Below are positions 8,577 through 17,442 of a stretch of 64,000 nt of DNA, one piece after another. The notes beneath the pieces were generated by a model. It did no database searches and was not told the DNA's origin. It saw only the letters and a program-made list of their open reading frames with translations. The stretch's first letter is position 1. Every line of letters begins with the position of its first letter. Source of the stretch: Minisyncoccota bacterium (GTDB lineage Bacteria; Patescibacteriota; Minisyncoccia; Phycocordibacterales; JABAAK01); assembly GCA_965216295.1 (NCBI GenBank), contig OZ244141.1, positions 365,299 to 429,298 on the forward strand. Direction: 5' to 3'. Both the position numbers and the translations under genes were made by a program.

Positions 8577-8930
8577 CTATTCGGTAGGATAGACGTAGAA
8601 ACGAGTATCTTCCTTCCGAAATGCCCTATCTTCATCAGGAATATCACCAGTCACGCCACGAAAATGAATTTCCTGCACCTCTTTATTATTAACAACTTCA
8701 AGATCAGTCACCTGTGTGTTTTGACGAAACTTTGTGTCAGCAAGTTTTTTTGATGCCACCATATGTCTCCTTTCTTCTGCTTCGTATTGTTGTTTTGCCG
8801 ACGCATATCCATCATGTGAACGAAAAATACCGTAAAGAATGTTACCAAGAATGAAGAGAACAACAAGAAAGATAAACCAGGAGATAAATCCCAAGCGATT
8901 GCGTTTTTTTCTATAATATGATGTTGCCAT
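8577..8930 (-). CDS. Membrane-anchored hypothetical protein (possible FtsB/DivIC-like coiled-coil)
   Basis: Start placed at internal Met (MATSYYRKKRNRLGFISWFIFLVVLFILGNI...). One TM helix followed by a charged, probably coiled-coil segment. Functional call is weak. Confidence 0.35.
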   Translation of the reverse strand: MATSYYRKKRNRLGFISWFIFLVVLFILGNILYGIFRSHDGYASAKQQYEAEERRHMVASKKLADTKFRQNTQVTDLEVVNNKEVQEIHFRGVTGDIPDEDRAFRKEDTRFYVYPTE

Positions 8931-9072
8931 AGGGTCTGTGAAAGCAGTATACTGGATATATGGAAAAACCAAAAAGGAAATGGAGAGCAATTGGTAACAT
9001 TATTGTCGTTGCCGCTGTAATTATAGCCTTAATTGTCACATCCCTTCCATCGACATTCATTCATACCACCAA

Positions 9073-10860
9073 TTAAACGTCTCGTTGCATCACTTTCAAA
9101 AAAACGTCATGTGGAACACGCACCTGACTTGTTCCCTGCCTCTTCTCTTTCCCTTTCTTTTGCTTTTCAAGTAGTTTCATCTTTCTGGTCACATCACCAC
9201 CGTAGAGTTTTGCGGTGACATCTTTTCGAAGTGCAGAGAGTGTTTCTGAAGCAATAATAGTACCATCAACAACTGCTTGAATTTTAATAGTAAACAAAGC
9301 ACGAGGAAGGAGTTCCCGGAGATGTTTCACAATGCGTCGTGCCTGCAGTTTCGCTTGAGAACGAGCGATAATTTTGGAAAACGCTGGAAATACTTCCCCA
9401 GAGAGTAACACATCCATACGAACCACATCACCAGGGCGAGATGCTAGTCGTGTATACGATAGCGATGCATACCCAGCAGAAACACTTTTCAAACGATCAA
9501 AAAAGTGTCGCATCAATTCTCGAAGTGGCATCTCAGAGGTAACCACAGAACGATTCTCCTGAACGTTGACAATAGTGATAATAGATCCCTCATACTCTTG
9601 AAGTAACTTTGAAACCGCCGCAAGGTATTGTATAGGAACGATGATAGAGAGTTCTACCCACGGCTCAGACACAGCAGTAATCAAATTCCTATCAGGAAAT
9701 AACGAAGGACTCACAATAACCTCCTTGGTACCATTTTTTGTCGTTACCTCATAGTCAGTACTCGGTGTGGTAAGCATCAACGCAACACCAACTTCTCGTT
9801 TGAGTCGTTCTGAGATAATTTCAAGATGGAGTAATCCAAGAAAGCCACATCGAAAGCCTTTCCCTAATACCTTTGAGTGTTCTTGTTCAAATTGCAATGC
9901 CGCATCGGAGAGTCGAAGTTTTTCGAGTGCTTGCGTTAAGATAGTGTGGTGAGATGCATCGTGTGGATAGATTGATGCCCAGATAACAGGTTGTACTGTT
10001 TGATACCCAGGAAATGGTATAACCCCTTCTTTTGGAGAAGCAAGTGTATCACCAACAACAGCAACACCTGGTTCCTTAATCCCCGTAGTGACATACCCAA
10101 TCGTGCCAGATGAGAGCGTCTCTTGAGGAGAATATTCTGGGGTAAAAATACCGACTTCTTTTGCTTGAAATGTCTTTCCAACAGATAACAGAGAGAGTGA
10201 TTGACCTTTTGAGAATGTTCCAGAAAATACCCGAACATATGCCTTGATTCCATGGTGCGTATCGTACGAAAAGTCAAAAATAAGGGCTTTTTTTTCACCC
10301 TGAGAGATCTCTGGCGCAGGGACTACATCAACAACCCGTTTGAGGAGTTCTGGGACCCCTAACCCTGTTTTTCCAGAGGTGTGGAGAATAGTATCTTTCT
10401 GACACCCCAACAATGCCACCAACTCCTGTGTTGTCTCTTCTATTTGAGCGTGAGCCACATCTACCTTAGAAAGAACTGGTACAACGGTGAGATTTAATTT
10501 TTTTGCCAGGTGAAACACAGAGAGAGTTTGTGCCTGAACTCCTTGCGTTGCATCAACCAAAAGGATAACACCTTCAACAGCACGGAGCGAGCGGGAGACT
10601 TCATATGAAAAATCAATATGTCCTGGTGTGTCAATAAAGGTAATGGCATACGATACCCCATCAGATGAAAACGGTACCATAGCAGGTTGCATCTTAATGG
10701 TAATACCTCGTTCACGCTCTAACTCCATACGATCAAGCATCTGTTCTCCCATTTCTCGTTCTGAAATCACTCCCGTATATTCAAGGATACGATCAGCAAG
10801 TGTTGACTTGCCATGATCGACATGAGCGATGATGGCGACATTTCGTATAGGGGTGTTCAT
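9073..10860 (-). CDS. lepA: Elongation factor 4 (LepA)
   Basis: 595 aa. 'IRNVAIIAHVDHGKSTLADRIL' G1 motif, DTPGHIDF, the LepA-specific C-terminal domain, and full-length collinearity. Confidence 0.95.
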   Translation of the reverse strand: MNTPIRNVAIIAHVDHGKSTLADRILEYTGVISEREMGEQMLDRMELERERGITIKMQPAMVPFSSDGVSYAITFIDTPGHIDFSYEVSRSLRAVEGVILLVDATQGVQAQTLSVFHLAKKLNLTVVPVLSKVDVAHAQIEETTQELVALLGCQKDTILHTSGKTGLGVPELLKRVVDVVPAPEISQGEKKALIFDFSYDTHHGIKAYVRVFSGTFSKGQSLSLLSVGKTFQAKEVGIFTPEYSPQETLSSGTIGYVTTGIKEPGVAVVGDTLASPKEGVIPFPGYQTVQPVIWASIYPHDASHHTILTQALEKLRLSDAALQFEQEHSKVLGKGFRCGFLGLLHLEIISERLKREVGVALMLTTPSTDYEVTTKNGTKEVIVSPSLFPDRNLITAVSEPWVELSIIVPIQYLAAVSKLLQEYEGSIITIVNVQENRSVVTSEMPLRELMRHFFDRLKSVSAGYASLSYTRLASRPGDVVRMDVLLSGEVFPAFSKIIARSQAKLQARRIVKHLRELLPRALFTIKIQAVVDGTIIASETLSALRKDVTAKLYGGDVTRKMKLLEKQKKGKEKRQGTSQVRVPHDVFLKVMQRDV

Positions 10861-12512
10861 CTTTTCTGTAGTTTATGGAGAAACCATTTTTGTAATGGTT
10901 GCCATTCTTTATTACGAAGTGCTGAGAGCATACCACCCCACGCAAGAAGTCCTGCACCTGTTGAAACAAGAAGAGCAAAAAATAATAACAAGACATCACC
11001 GTTGTTGGAGAAGTTTTTAAAGATGATACTGGCAACGGCAACAAAAGTGATCGTCGCTGCAACGTGTTGGATAAATGAAAAAGCAATATTTTTTATAGAA
11101 ACACCAAATGTCCTATGCAACAAGTACAGAATACAGACACCTGCCAAAAGCTGTATCACCGTAACACTGATTGCAATAGCAACCAATGCCGCCTCACCAG
11201 TTAACTGTGTCCCAAAGATGGTATTGACCTGTATCACGAAAGCAGGATCTGTTGCGTATCGCGCAACAATAGTATGTGCAACAACGACTTGAAGAATTGC
11301 AGAGATAACAAAGACAAGAAATGGTTGCAGTGTTTTTTGTGCAGCATAGAAGGCACGAGCAGCAATAGCAATAACGCTAAACCCAAGAGTACTCAACGCC
11401 AAGACACTTAAAACAATTGCTGTAATACGGGTTGTGGAAGCATCAAATAGCCCTGTTTCAAAGAGAATGCGGATAATTTCTTCAGGAAAGATAATAAGGA
11501 ATCCCAGAATAGGAAGAACAAGAAAGAACGTATTCTGAAGTGCCTCTGCCACCTTATCACGGAACCGTTCATACTCATGCCGAGCAAAGTGAGTAGCGAG
11601 AATGGGAAAAGCAGCAATAGAGTAAGAGATACCAATGAGTGCTAACGGAACAGATCGAAGGTTATCAGCAAACCAGTAGACACTGAGTGTTCCTGCAGAA
11701 ATACCCGTTAAAATACCAAAGATAATAAGTAATGCAATCTGATGTGATGTTAACGCTAGTGCCCGTGGGAGTGAGATAAGAGCTGCTTTATAGGAATCAC
11801 GAAGTCTTTCCTGAATAGGACGCAATCGTGGCCAGATGTGTGAAGAGAAAAGCCATGGAAGTTGAATACCGATATGGAATAGAGCACCAAGAACAACTCC
11901 CCAAACGATACCAATAATACCAAAGAATGGATACAGAACAAGAATTCCTATAATAATACCAATGTTGTAAACAATGGGAGTGAGTGCGTAGACCATGAAT
12001 CTTCGTTGAAACTGAGTGAGCGCAGCAAGAAAAGTTGAAATACCAAGCAACAGTACTTGTAAGAGAATAATTCTCGTAAACGGTATTAACAAATCAAGTT
12101 GTTCTTTACTGAAACTTGAAAAAATTGCTTCACTTAATGTTGGTGTTAAGAGAAACAGTATAGTAACACCTATCACCATGACAATAGAGAAAGCAAAAAA
12201 GAGTGTGTCTATAAAATCTCTCATTGCCTGTTTTGATTCTTTCTGTTTTGCTTCAAGGATAGGAATGAGTGCAAAGACTGAAATAAAGGCAGTTAAAAAA
12301 ACAAAGAAGAGGTCTGGAATACGAAATGCCGCTAAGTAGACATCTAACGTATCACCAACCCCAAAGTTATGTGCTAAAAGTCGATCTCGAAAGATGGAGG
12401 TACCAAAGGAGATGAGCGCCATGAACGCCAAGAGATAAGCAGCGGTATGCATACCTAACACGGGACGACCAATACGGTTGAATATATTCATAGAACTCTT
12501 ACAGTTTAACAT
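10857..12512 (-). CDS. murJ: Lipid II flippase MurJ (MviN)
   Basis: 551-aa polytopic membrane protein. The N-terminal 'SIFRDRLLAHNFGVGDTLDVYLAAFRIPDLFFVF' is characteristic of MurJ. It overlaps the lepA end by 4 bp. Confidence 0.85.
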   Translation of the reverse strand: MLNCKSSMNIFNRIGRPVLGMHTAAYLLAFMALISFGTSIFRDRLLAHNFGVGDTLDVYLAAFRIPDLFFVFLTAFISVFALIPILEAKQKESKQAMRDFIDTLFFAFSIVMVIGVTILFLLTPTLSEAIFSSFSKEQLDLLIPFTRIILLQVLLLGISTFLAALTQFQRRFMVYALTPIVYNIGIIIGILVLYPFFGIIGIVWGVVLGALFHIGIQLPWLFSSHIWPRLRPIQERLRDSYKAALISLPRALALTSHQIALLIIFGILTGISAGTLSVYWFADNLRSVPLALIGISYSIAAFPILATHFARHEYERFRDKVAEALQNTFFLVLPILGFLIIFPEEIIRILFETGLFDASTTRITAIVLSVLALSTLGFSVIAIAARAFYAAQKTLQPFLVFVISAILQVVVAHTIVARYATDPAFVIQVNTIFGTQLTGEAALVAIAISVTVIQLLAGVCILYLLHRTFGVSIKNIAFSFIQHVAATITFVAVASIIFKNFSNNGDVLLLFFALLVSTGAGLLAWGGMLSALRNKEWQPLQKWFLHKLQKR

Positions 12513-12579
12513 TTATCACTCATAAAAAGGACCCCATAATGTGCAACACACACCCATTGCTGGATGTGCGTTGCATACA

Positions 12580-12947
12580 AATACTCCTCTTACGGTAAGC
12601 CGGATTCTGTACTTTCCATACGGAAAGTGGTGGTTATTTATCTAGGAAGTGCGTTACCGCACCTCTCATGCGCCACTCCACAATTAAAAATCGTGGTACG
12701 GACTTGCATTCAGATAGGAATTTAGCCGTTTCAGCTGTACATCACTGTACAGATTACCTCAATGAGGTCCCCTTCATTCTCAATCCAGGCGTCTCTGCTC
12801 GCATCCCTCACCGTTGCATAAGTATAGTTTCGGTGGATGGGCGTTACCCACTACCCTGCTCCGTTGTGTTATAAAAACACCGCGGAAATGTCCGGACTTT
12901 CCTCTTACATCAAAAATTGATACAAGCAACCACCTGTAAGAGGTTCT
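12580..12947 (-). ncRNA. rnpB: RNase P RNA (bacterial-type, rnpB)
   Basis: Minus strand contains the universally conserved P4 strands: 5' '...GAGGAAAGUCCGGAC' (rc of 12889-12903) and 3' 'ACAGAAUCCGGCUUACCG' (rc of 12594-12611). P1 pairing is CCUCUUAC with GUAAGAGG at the two ends. The region is ORF-poor and GC-richer than its flanks. A hairpin plus U-run (12520-12575) follows the 3' end. Confidence 0.85.
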
Positions 12948-12963
12948 TATAGTGTACACCCCT

Positions 12964-13440
12964 CTACACATCAAAGGCAAGTTGCATTTCTGTTGTTAAC
13001 ATATGCGTTGCAGCAAATCCAGCGGGTACTTCAAGAACAAAGCGAGCTGGTCTCTCTGGAAGAAATGATGCTGGGTATGTTTCAGGATGTATTTGTTCTG
13101 CGATAGTAATAATCTTTTTTTCTTCTGATAACCAAATAATATCAATACTCAAAAGCATTCCTTTCATCCAAATACCATGCAAACCATTCTCTGGGAAAAC
13201 AAATAACATTCCTTCTCCTTCAGAAAGGTTTGTACGACCAGCTAACCCTTTCGCTCGTTTTTTCGGTGTCTCTACAATGTCTGCTGTAATTGTCGGAATT
13301 TCTGGATTATCAATAAAATTGATACCAGTAATTCGTTGCTTTGGAGTGTTAGTAAATTGGTACTGAATGAAAAGAAGAACAACGAGTACTCCAAGGATCG
13401 CTACCGCAAGGATGCTGAATTGCTTTATAGGAACTCTCAT
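12964..13440 (-). CDS. DUF192 (COG1430) domain protein, membrane-anchored
   Basis: 'GLAGRTNLSEGEGMLFVFPE...HGIWMKGMLLSIDIIWLSEEKKIITI...FVLEVPAGF' matches the DUF192 consensus. Start probably at internal Met (MRVPIKQFSILAV...). Confidence 0.6.
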   Translation of the reverse strand: MRVPIKQFSILAVAILGVLVVLLFIQYQFTNTPKQRITGINFIDNPEIPTITADIVETPKKRAKGLAGRTNLSEGEGMLFVFPENGLHGIWMKGMLLSIDIIWLSEEKKIITIAEQIHPETYPASFLPERPARFVLEVPAGFAATHMLTTEMQLAFDV

Positions 13441-13488
13441 GAATCGTAGTATACCGCGTTGTCTTTGTAGTACTATACCCACACACCT

Positions 13489-13572
13489 GCCGAGGTGGCG
13501 AAATTGGTAGACGCGTTGCGTTCAGAGCGCAATGGGAGTAATCCCGTGGAGGTTCAAGTCCTCTCCTCGGCA
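13489..13572 (+). tRNA. tRNA-Leu (anticodon CAG), class II with long variable arm
   Basis: GCCGAGGTGGCGAAATTGGTAGACGCGTTGCGTTCAGAGCGCAATGGGAGTAATCCCGTGGAGGTTCAAGTCCTCTCCTCGGCA. The acceptor pairs over 7 bp, the anticodon loop is TTCAGAG, and the variable arm is TGGGAGTAATCCCGTG. Confidence 0.85.
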
Positions 13573-13706
13573 CTAAAACAAATTTGATATCAAATAGTAT
13601 TTTTTGTTCTGTTTTCATTAAATTTTTATTATGATTGAATTTAGTCATATTTGCTCTTGATAACCATAGTGTATATAGAGTAAGATATATGTGCAATATA
13701 TAAAGT

Positions 13707-15449
13707 GTGAAAATTAGCATGACAGATATAAATCTACATCAAAAACAAAAAGGAGATAGAAATGAGTGTACTCGTCTAATTCTTGATTCGAGAACAAAAA
13801 ATAAGATAATAGTTGCTGGTCCAGGAACTGGCAAGAGCTTTACATTTCAAGAACTTTTGAAAACTAAAGGTAGAAACGGTCTCGCGCTTACTTTTACCAA
13901 TAATCTGGCACAAGATTTGGAAAAAGATCTTGGAACTTTGGCGAAATCATACACTTTTCACGGCTATTGTAAAAAACTTCTTCACAGAATTTCTGTAGAC
14001 GGTATAGATACTGATTTTCTTTATTATCCGAAGCTTTCTAAATTGATAAAATCGGACGCGATAATTATTGGAAATACTCTTGAAAAATTTGACGAAGCGT
14101 TTCATATACTAGCTAGGGACAGTCGCATTGAATTTTATCTTGAATGTGCAAATTACTATAACGCTGTTGGGCATAATGATGCCGTTTACCGTGTCCTCAA
14201 ATATTTTCAAACAAAAAAAGATTCTCTACCTTCATTCTCTCAAATAGTGGTGGACGAATATCAAGATTTCAATCAGCTCGAAGTTGCATTTATTGATGAA
14301 TTGGCAAAGACTAGCCCGATATTGATTGTTGGAGATGATGATCAAGCAATTTATAATTTTAAAAATGCATCGCCCGATCATATTCGTACTAAGTTCATTC
14401 ATGCAGATTTTGAAAAATTTGAACTACCTTATTGTAGTCGTTGCACAGAAGTAATTATTAGTTCTGTTCACGATGTTATAAAAAAAGCGAAAAGCATTGG
14501 GAAATTACAAAACAGAATTGAGAAAAATTATATTTGCTTTTTGCCCGACAAGGAAACTGATAACATAAAACATCCTCAAATTATTCACGCAAAATGTTCA
14601 GTACAAAATTCTCGTACACCTTATATTTCAAAATTTATAGAGCAGGAAATTAAAAAAATACCACAAATAGAAATTAATTGTGCGCGAGAAAAGGGTTTTC
14701 CGTGTGTTTTAATTGCTGGACCCTCACACTATACAAAACAAGTATATGACTATTTATTGGAAAATAATTTTAAAAATATTGACTATGTTGGCACAAAAAA
14801 ACAAAATGTTGAGTTTTTAGAAGGATATGAAGTTTTAATGCATAATAGGAACTCGAATCTTGGTTGGCGAATAATTTTAGAATGTTCAAGATTGACGGAT
14901 AAAACAGATATTATTAAAATGATGAACGGGTCAAAACAAAAATTAACTGATTTGCTCTCACCGGATTTTAAAGAAAAACATCTTGCTGTTGTTGCACTTC
15001 TCGCAAAACTAAAACTCAACGAAACATTGCTCGAATCAGAAATCCAAAAGTTACTTTCAGAATGTGGAAAACAAAAAATTCAGGAAATCAAGGAATTTCT
15101 AAATATTAATCTAGAAACAGAAAATGATGAGGAAACAATCGAAGACACAAATATTTCAATAAAAATTACAACAATAAGCGGTTCTAAAGGTTTATCAGCA
15201 AATTATGTTTTCCTCATTGGGATGAATAATAATGATTTTCCAAAAAACGATCAAAATCCAACAGACAATGAAATTTGCCAATTTATTGTTGGAATTACAC
15301 GAACAAGAAAAAAATGTTATTTGATATCAAATTTTCGTTTTGCAGGGGCTTCTAGAAAATCAAAATCAGTGTTCATTGATTGGATAAAAACGGAAAAAGT
15401 TGCTGAAGTAAATGTGAGTGCTAGTTTTTTCCAAAACCCTGCTCGTTAA
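13707..15449 (+). CDS. Minimal UvrD/Rep-like superfamily 1 DNA helicase
   Basis: 580 aa with these SF1 motifs: Walker A 'VAGPGTGKSFT', motif Ia 'TFTNNLAQDL', motif II 'VVDEYQDFN', motif III 'VGDDDQAIYNFKNA', motif V 'TISGSKGLSANYVFLIG', motif VI 'IVGITRTRKK'. No accessory nuclease domain is visible. Very AT-rich. It immediately follows tRNA-Leu. Confidence 0.7.
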   Translation: MKISMTDINLHQKQKGDRNECTRLILDSRTKNKIIVAGPGTGKSFTFQELLKTKGRNGLALTFTNNLAQDLEKDLGTLAKSYTFHGYCKKLLHRISVDGIDTDFLYYPKLSKLIKSDAIIIGNTLEKFDEAFHILARDSRIEFYLECANYYNAVGHNDAVYRVLKYFQTKKDSLPSFSQIVVDEYQDFNQLEVAFIDELAKTSPILIVGDDDQAIYNFKNASPDHIRTKFIHADFEKFELPYCSRCTEVIISSVHDVIKKAKSIGKLQNRIEKNYICFLPDKETDNIKHPQIIHAKCSVQNSRTPYISKFIEQEIKKIPQIEINCAREKGFPCVLIAGPSHYTKQVYDYLLENNFKNIDYVGTKKQNVEFLEGYEVLMHNRNSNLGWRIILECSRLTDKTDIIKMMNGSKQKLTDLLSPDFKEKHLAVVALLAKLKLNETLLESEIQKLLSECGKQKIQEIKEFLNINLETENDEETIEDTNISIKITTISGSKGLSANYVFLIGMNNNDFPKNDQNPTDNEICQFIVGITRTRKKCYLISNFRFAGASRKSKSVFIDWIKTEKVAEVNVSASFFQNPAR

Positions 15450-15543
15450 ATTTTTGCTTATTCAAAGTAAATCTTCACGAAGTGTATAACTATAGCACCA
15501 ATAAAACACGTATCGCATTTATTTTGTTATACTACAGCAACCT

Positions 15544-15771
15544 ATGACAGACGCCTCTATAAAAAAATCAAAGTATACATGTTCAAAATGTAAGCACTCA
15601 AAATATGAGTCAGGAGAAATAAGAGCAGCGGGTAGTTTTTGGACAAAAATCTTTAATATTCAAAATAAAAAATTTCTATCAATTTCGTGTAAAAAATGTG
15701 GCCATACAGAATTCTATTCTCAAGATAAAGCAAAAACCGTCGAAAACATTTTTGATTTCCTTATCGGTTAA
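15544..15771 (+). CDS. Zn-ribbon nucleic-acid-binding protein (DUF-type, CxxC...CxxC)
   Basis: 75 aa: 'YTCSKCKHSKYESGE...ISCKKCGHTEFY'. Two CxxC pairs with a C-terminal GHTEFY, typical of small predicted Zn-ribbon proteins. Confidence 0.55.
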   Translation: MTDASIKKSKYTCSKCKHSKYESGEIRAAGSFWTKIFNIQNKKFLSISCKKCGHTEFYSQDKAKTVENIFDFLIG

Positions 15772-15772
15772 G

Positions 15773-16225
15773 TTACTCTATAGTACATTCCGTATTATTC
15801 GTTGCTAGCAGACAGTAGAGACGATTGAGTTCTGTTGGATAAGGATATTCATACCCAATCACCTTATGCGGTATGGTACATGTTTTCTGTTTTACTGTTT
15901 CTAAACCACACCACCGATTATCATCATAGCCACAAGCAATAACTGCTTTATCAATATGTGCGAAATACCATGTGTAAACAACTGGAATAATCTCAGGTGG
16001 TGTGTTTGGGAGGAGACAACTCGCAGCAGCAATATCTTTATTTTCTGTTCGTGTTGGTAGTGGCACCTCTTGTTTTTCTCCATTAACAGTCGTCACTGTT
16101 GTTTTTGGTGGTGTCATATCCGTTATTAAAACGGTAATCACAACAAGAATAACAATAAGGGAGATACCAATGAGAAAACGAATAGTGTTTTGATGCATAT
16201 AATCTATCGCTGTATCGTACCACAA
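15773..16225 (-). CDS. Membrane-anchored Cys-containing hypothetical secreted protein
   Basis: 150 aa. N-terminal TM (IRFLIGISLIVILVVITVLI) and an extracellular part with 5 Cys. No motif recognised. Confidence 0.4.
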   Translation of the reverse strand: MWYDTAIDYMHQNTIRFLIGISLIVILVVITVLITDMTPPKTTVTTVNGEKQEVPLPTRTENKDIAAASCLLPNTPPEIIPVVYTWYFAHIDKAVIACGYDDNRWCGLETVKQKTCTIPHKVIGYEYPYPTELNRLYCLLATNNTECTIE

Positions 16226-16229
16226 AGGA

Positions 16230-16634
16230 TTACTCTTTTTCCTTTTCTTCTAGGTTAAGAGCGCATGAATTGATACAGTACCGCTGCCCTGTTGGTGTAT
16301 CAGGAGCATCTGGAAAGACATGCCCTAAATGTGCCCCACAGCGTTTACAGAGCACTTCAGTTCTCGTCGTACCAAGAGAGCTATCTACCCGTGTACCAAC
16401 ATTCTCTGCTTGTGCGATATCATAGAAACTTGGCCAACCAGAGTATGAATCAAACTTTGTTTTTGAATCAAAAAGTTCTGCATTACACACAGCACATCGA
16501 TACATACCATCCGCCTTTGTTTTGTAATATTTCCCACTAAATGCCGCTTCGGTACCCTGCTCTTGTGTTACCCGATATGTTTCATCATCTAATCGCTCTC
16601 GCAACTCTTCTTCAGAAAATGATTGCTGTTCCAT
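16230..16634 (-). CDS. msrB: Peptide methionine sulfoxide reductase MsrB
   Basis: Two CxxC pairs (CAVCNAEL / CKRCGAHLGHVF) and the 'RYCINSCAL' catalytic Cys motif of SelR/MsrB. Confidence 0.9.
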   Translation of the reverse strand: MEQQSFSEEELRERLDDETYRVTQEQGTEAAFSGKYYKTKADGMYRCAVCNAELFDSKTKFDSYSGWPSFYDIAQAENVGTRVDSSLGTTRTEVLCKRCGAHLGHVFPDAPDTPTGQRYCINSCALNLEEKEKE

Positions 16635-16648
16635 AAAATCAGTATACG

Positions 16649-17113
16649 TTACCCTCCAATTGATCGTTTTTGAATGTACTGCTGATGGTAATCTTCTGCC
16701 TCGTAGAAAGTGGTTGCCTTGGTAATCTCTGTCACAATACCAGCGGGATATACTCCTTGTTCTTCTAACCTCTTTTTTTCCTCTTCAGCAATTTGTTGTT
16801 CTTCTGGAGTAGTGTAGAAAATAGCGGAGCGATACTGTGTTCCTCTATCTGGTCCCTGCATATTAGGTGTTGTTGGATCGTGGATACTCCAAAAACGTTT
16901 TACGAGATCTTGATATGTTATCTGTTCTGAGTCATAGGTTACTTCAACCGCCTCTGCATGATTTGTGGTACCACTACAGACACCCTCATAACTAGGACTT
17001 TCTGTTGATCCACCAGTGTATCCAACTCGTGTTGATACAACACCAGGAGTGGTGCGGAACTTCTCTTCTACTCCCCAGAAGCATCCCGCGGCAAATATCG
17101 CAATTCCCTGCAT
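16649..17113 (-). CDS. msrA: Peptide methionine sulfoxide reductase MsrA
   Basis: 'AIFAAGCFWGVEEKF...GVVSTRVGYTGG' is the MsrA GCFWG active-site signature. Confidence 0.9.
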   Translation of the reverse strand: MQGIAIFAAGCFWGVEEKFRTTPGVVSTRVGYTGGSTESPSYEGVCSGTTNHAEAVEVTYDSEQITYQDLVKRFWSIHDPTTPNMQGPDRGTQYRSAIFYTTPEEQQIAEEEKKRLEEQGVYPAGIVTEITKATTFYEAEDYHQQYIQKRSIGG

Positions 17114-17136
17114 AATGGTAGTATATACACTATCTC

Positions 17137-17227
17137 GGAGGGGTGCCAGAGTGGTTGAATGGGGCGGTTTCGAAAACCGCTGTCATGCTTCATCGTGTGA
17201 CCGAGGGTTCGAATCCCTCCCCCTCCG
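17137..17227 (+). tRNA. tRNA-Ser (anticodon CGA), class II
   Basis: GGAGGGGTGCCAGAGTGGTTGAATGGGGCGGTTTCGAAAACCGCTGTCATGCTTCATCGTGTGACCGAGGGTTCGAATCCCTCCCCCTCCG. Acceptor GGAGGGG/CCCCTCC, anticodon loop TTCGAAA, long variable arm. Confidence 0.85.
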
Positions 17228-17442
17228 CATTGTAACCAAATGAGGGTTCAAAGTTACACTTTGCCTTCTGCATAAGCCGTTTTTCCAAAGAGTTCTTAAC
17301 CTAGATAAATCAATTTTTCTATGTCTTCAGCTTCTTAGTATCAATGTAGCGGTAAATGGTCATAATGTTGACTTGCAGGATGTCTGTTGTGTTTTTGACT
17401 TTATAGAAATCTCTAATATTCATAAGTATATGATACTTTACA

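Noticed and set aside
12668-12980. ORFs 12668..12874 (+) and 12780..12980 (-) predicted as 66-68-aa proteins
   Set aside because: They lie entirely within the RNase P RNA gene identified from its conserved P4 and P1 elements. They have no protein-like composition.
13349-13720. 123-aa minus-strand ORF
   Set aside because: It overlaps tRNA-Leu(CAG) and the DUF192 gene. It contains the reverse complement of the tRNA. It is a spurious antisense ORF.
17016-17243. 75-aa plus-strand ORF
   Set aside because: It overlaps the msrA 5' end and the entire tRNA-Ser. It is an artefact of the tRNA sequence.
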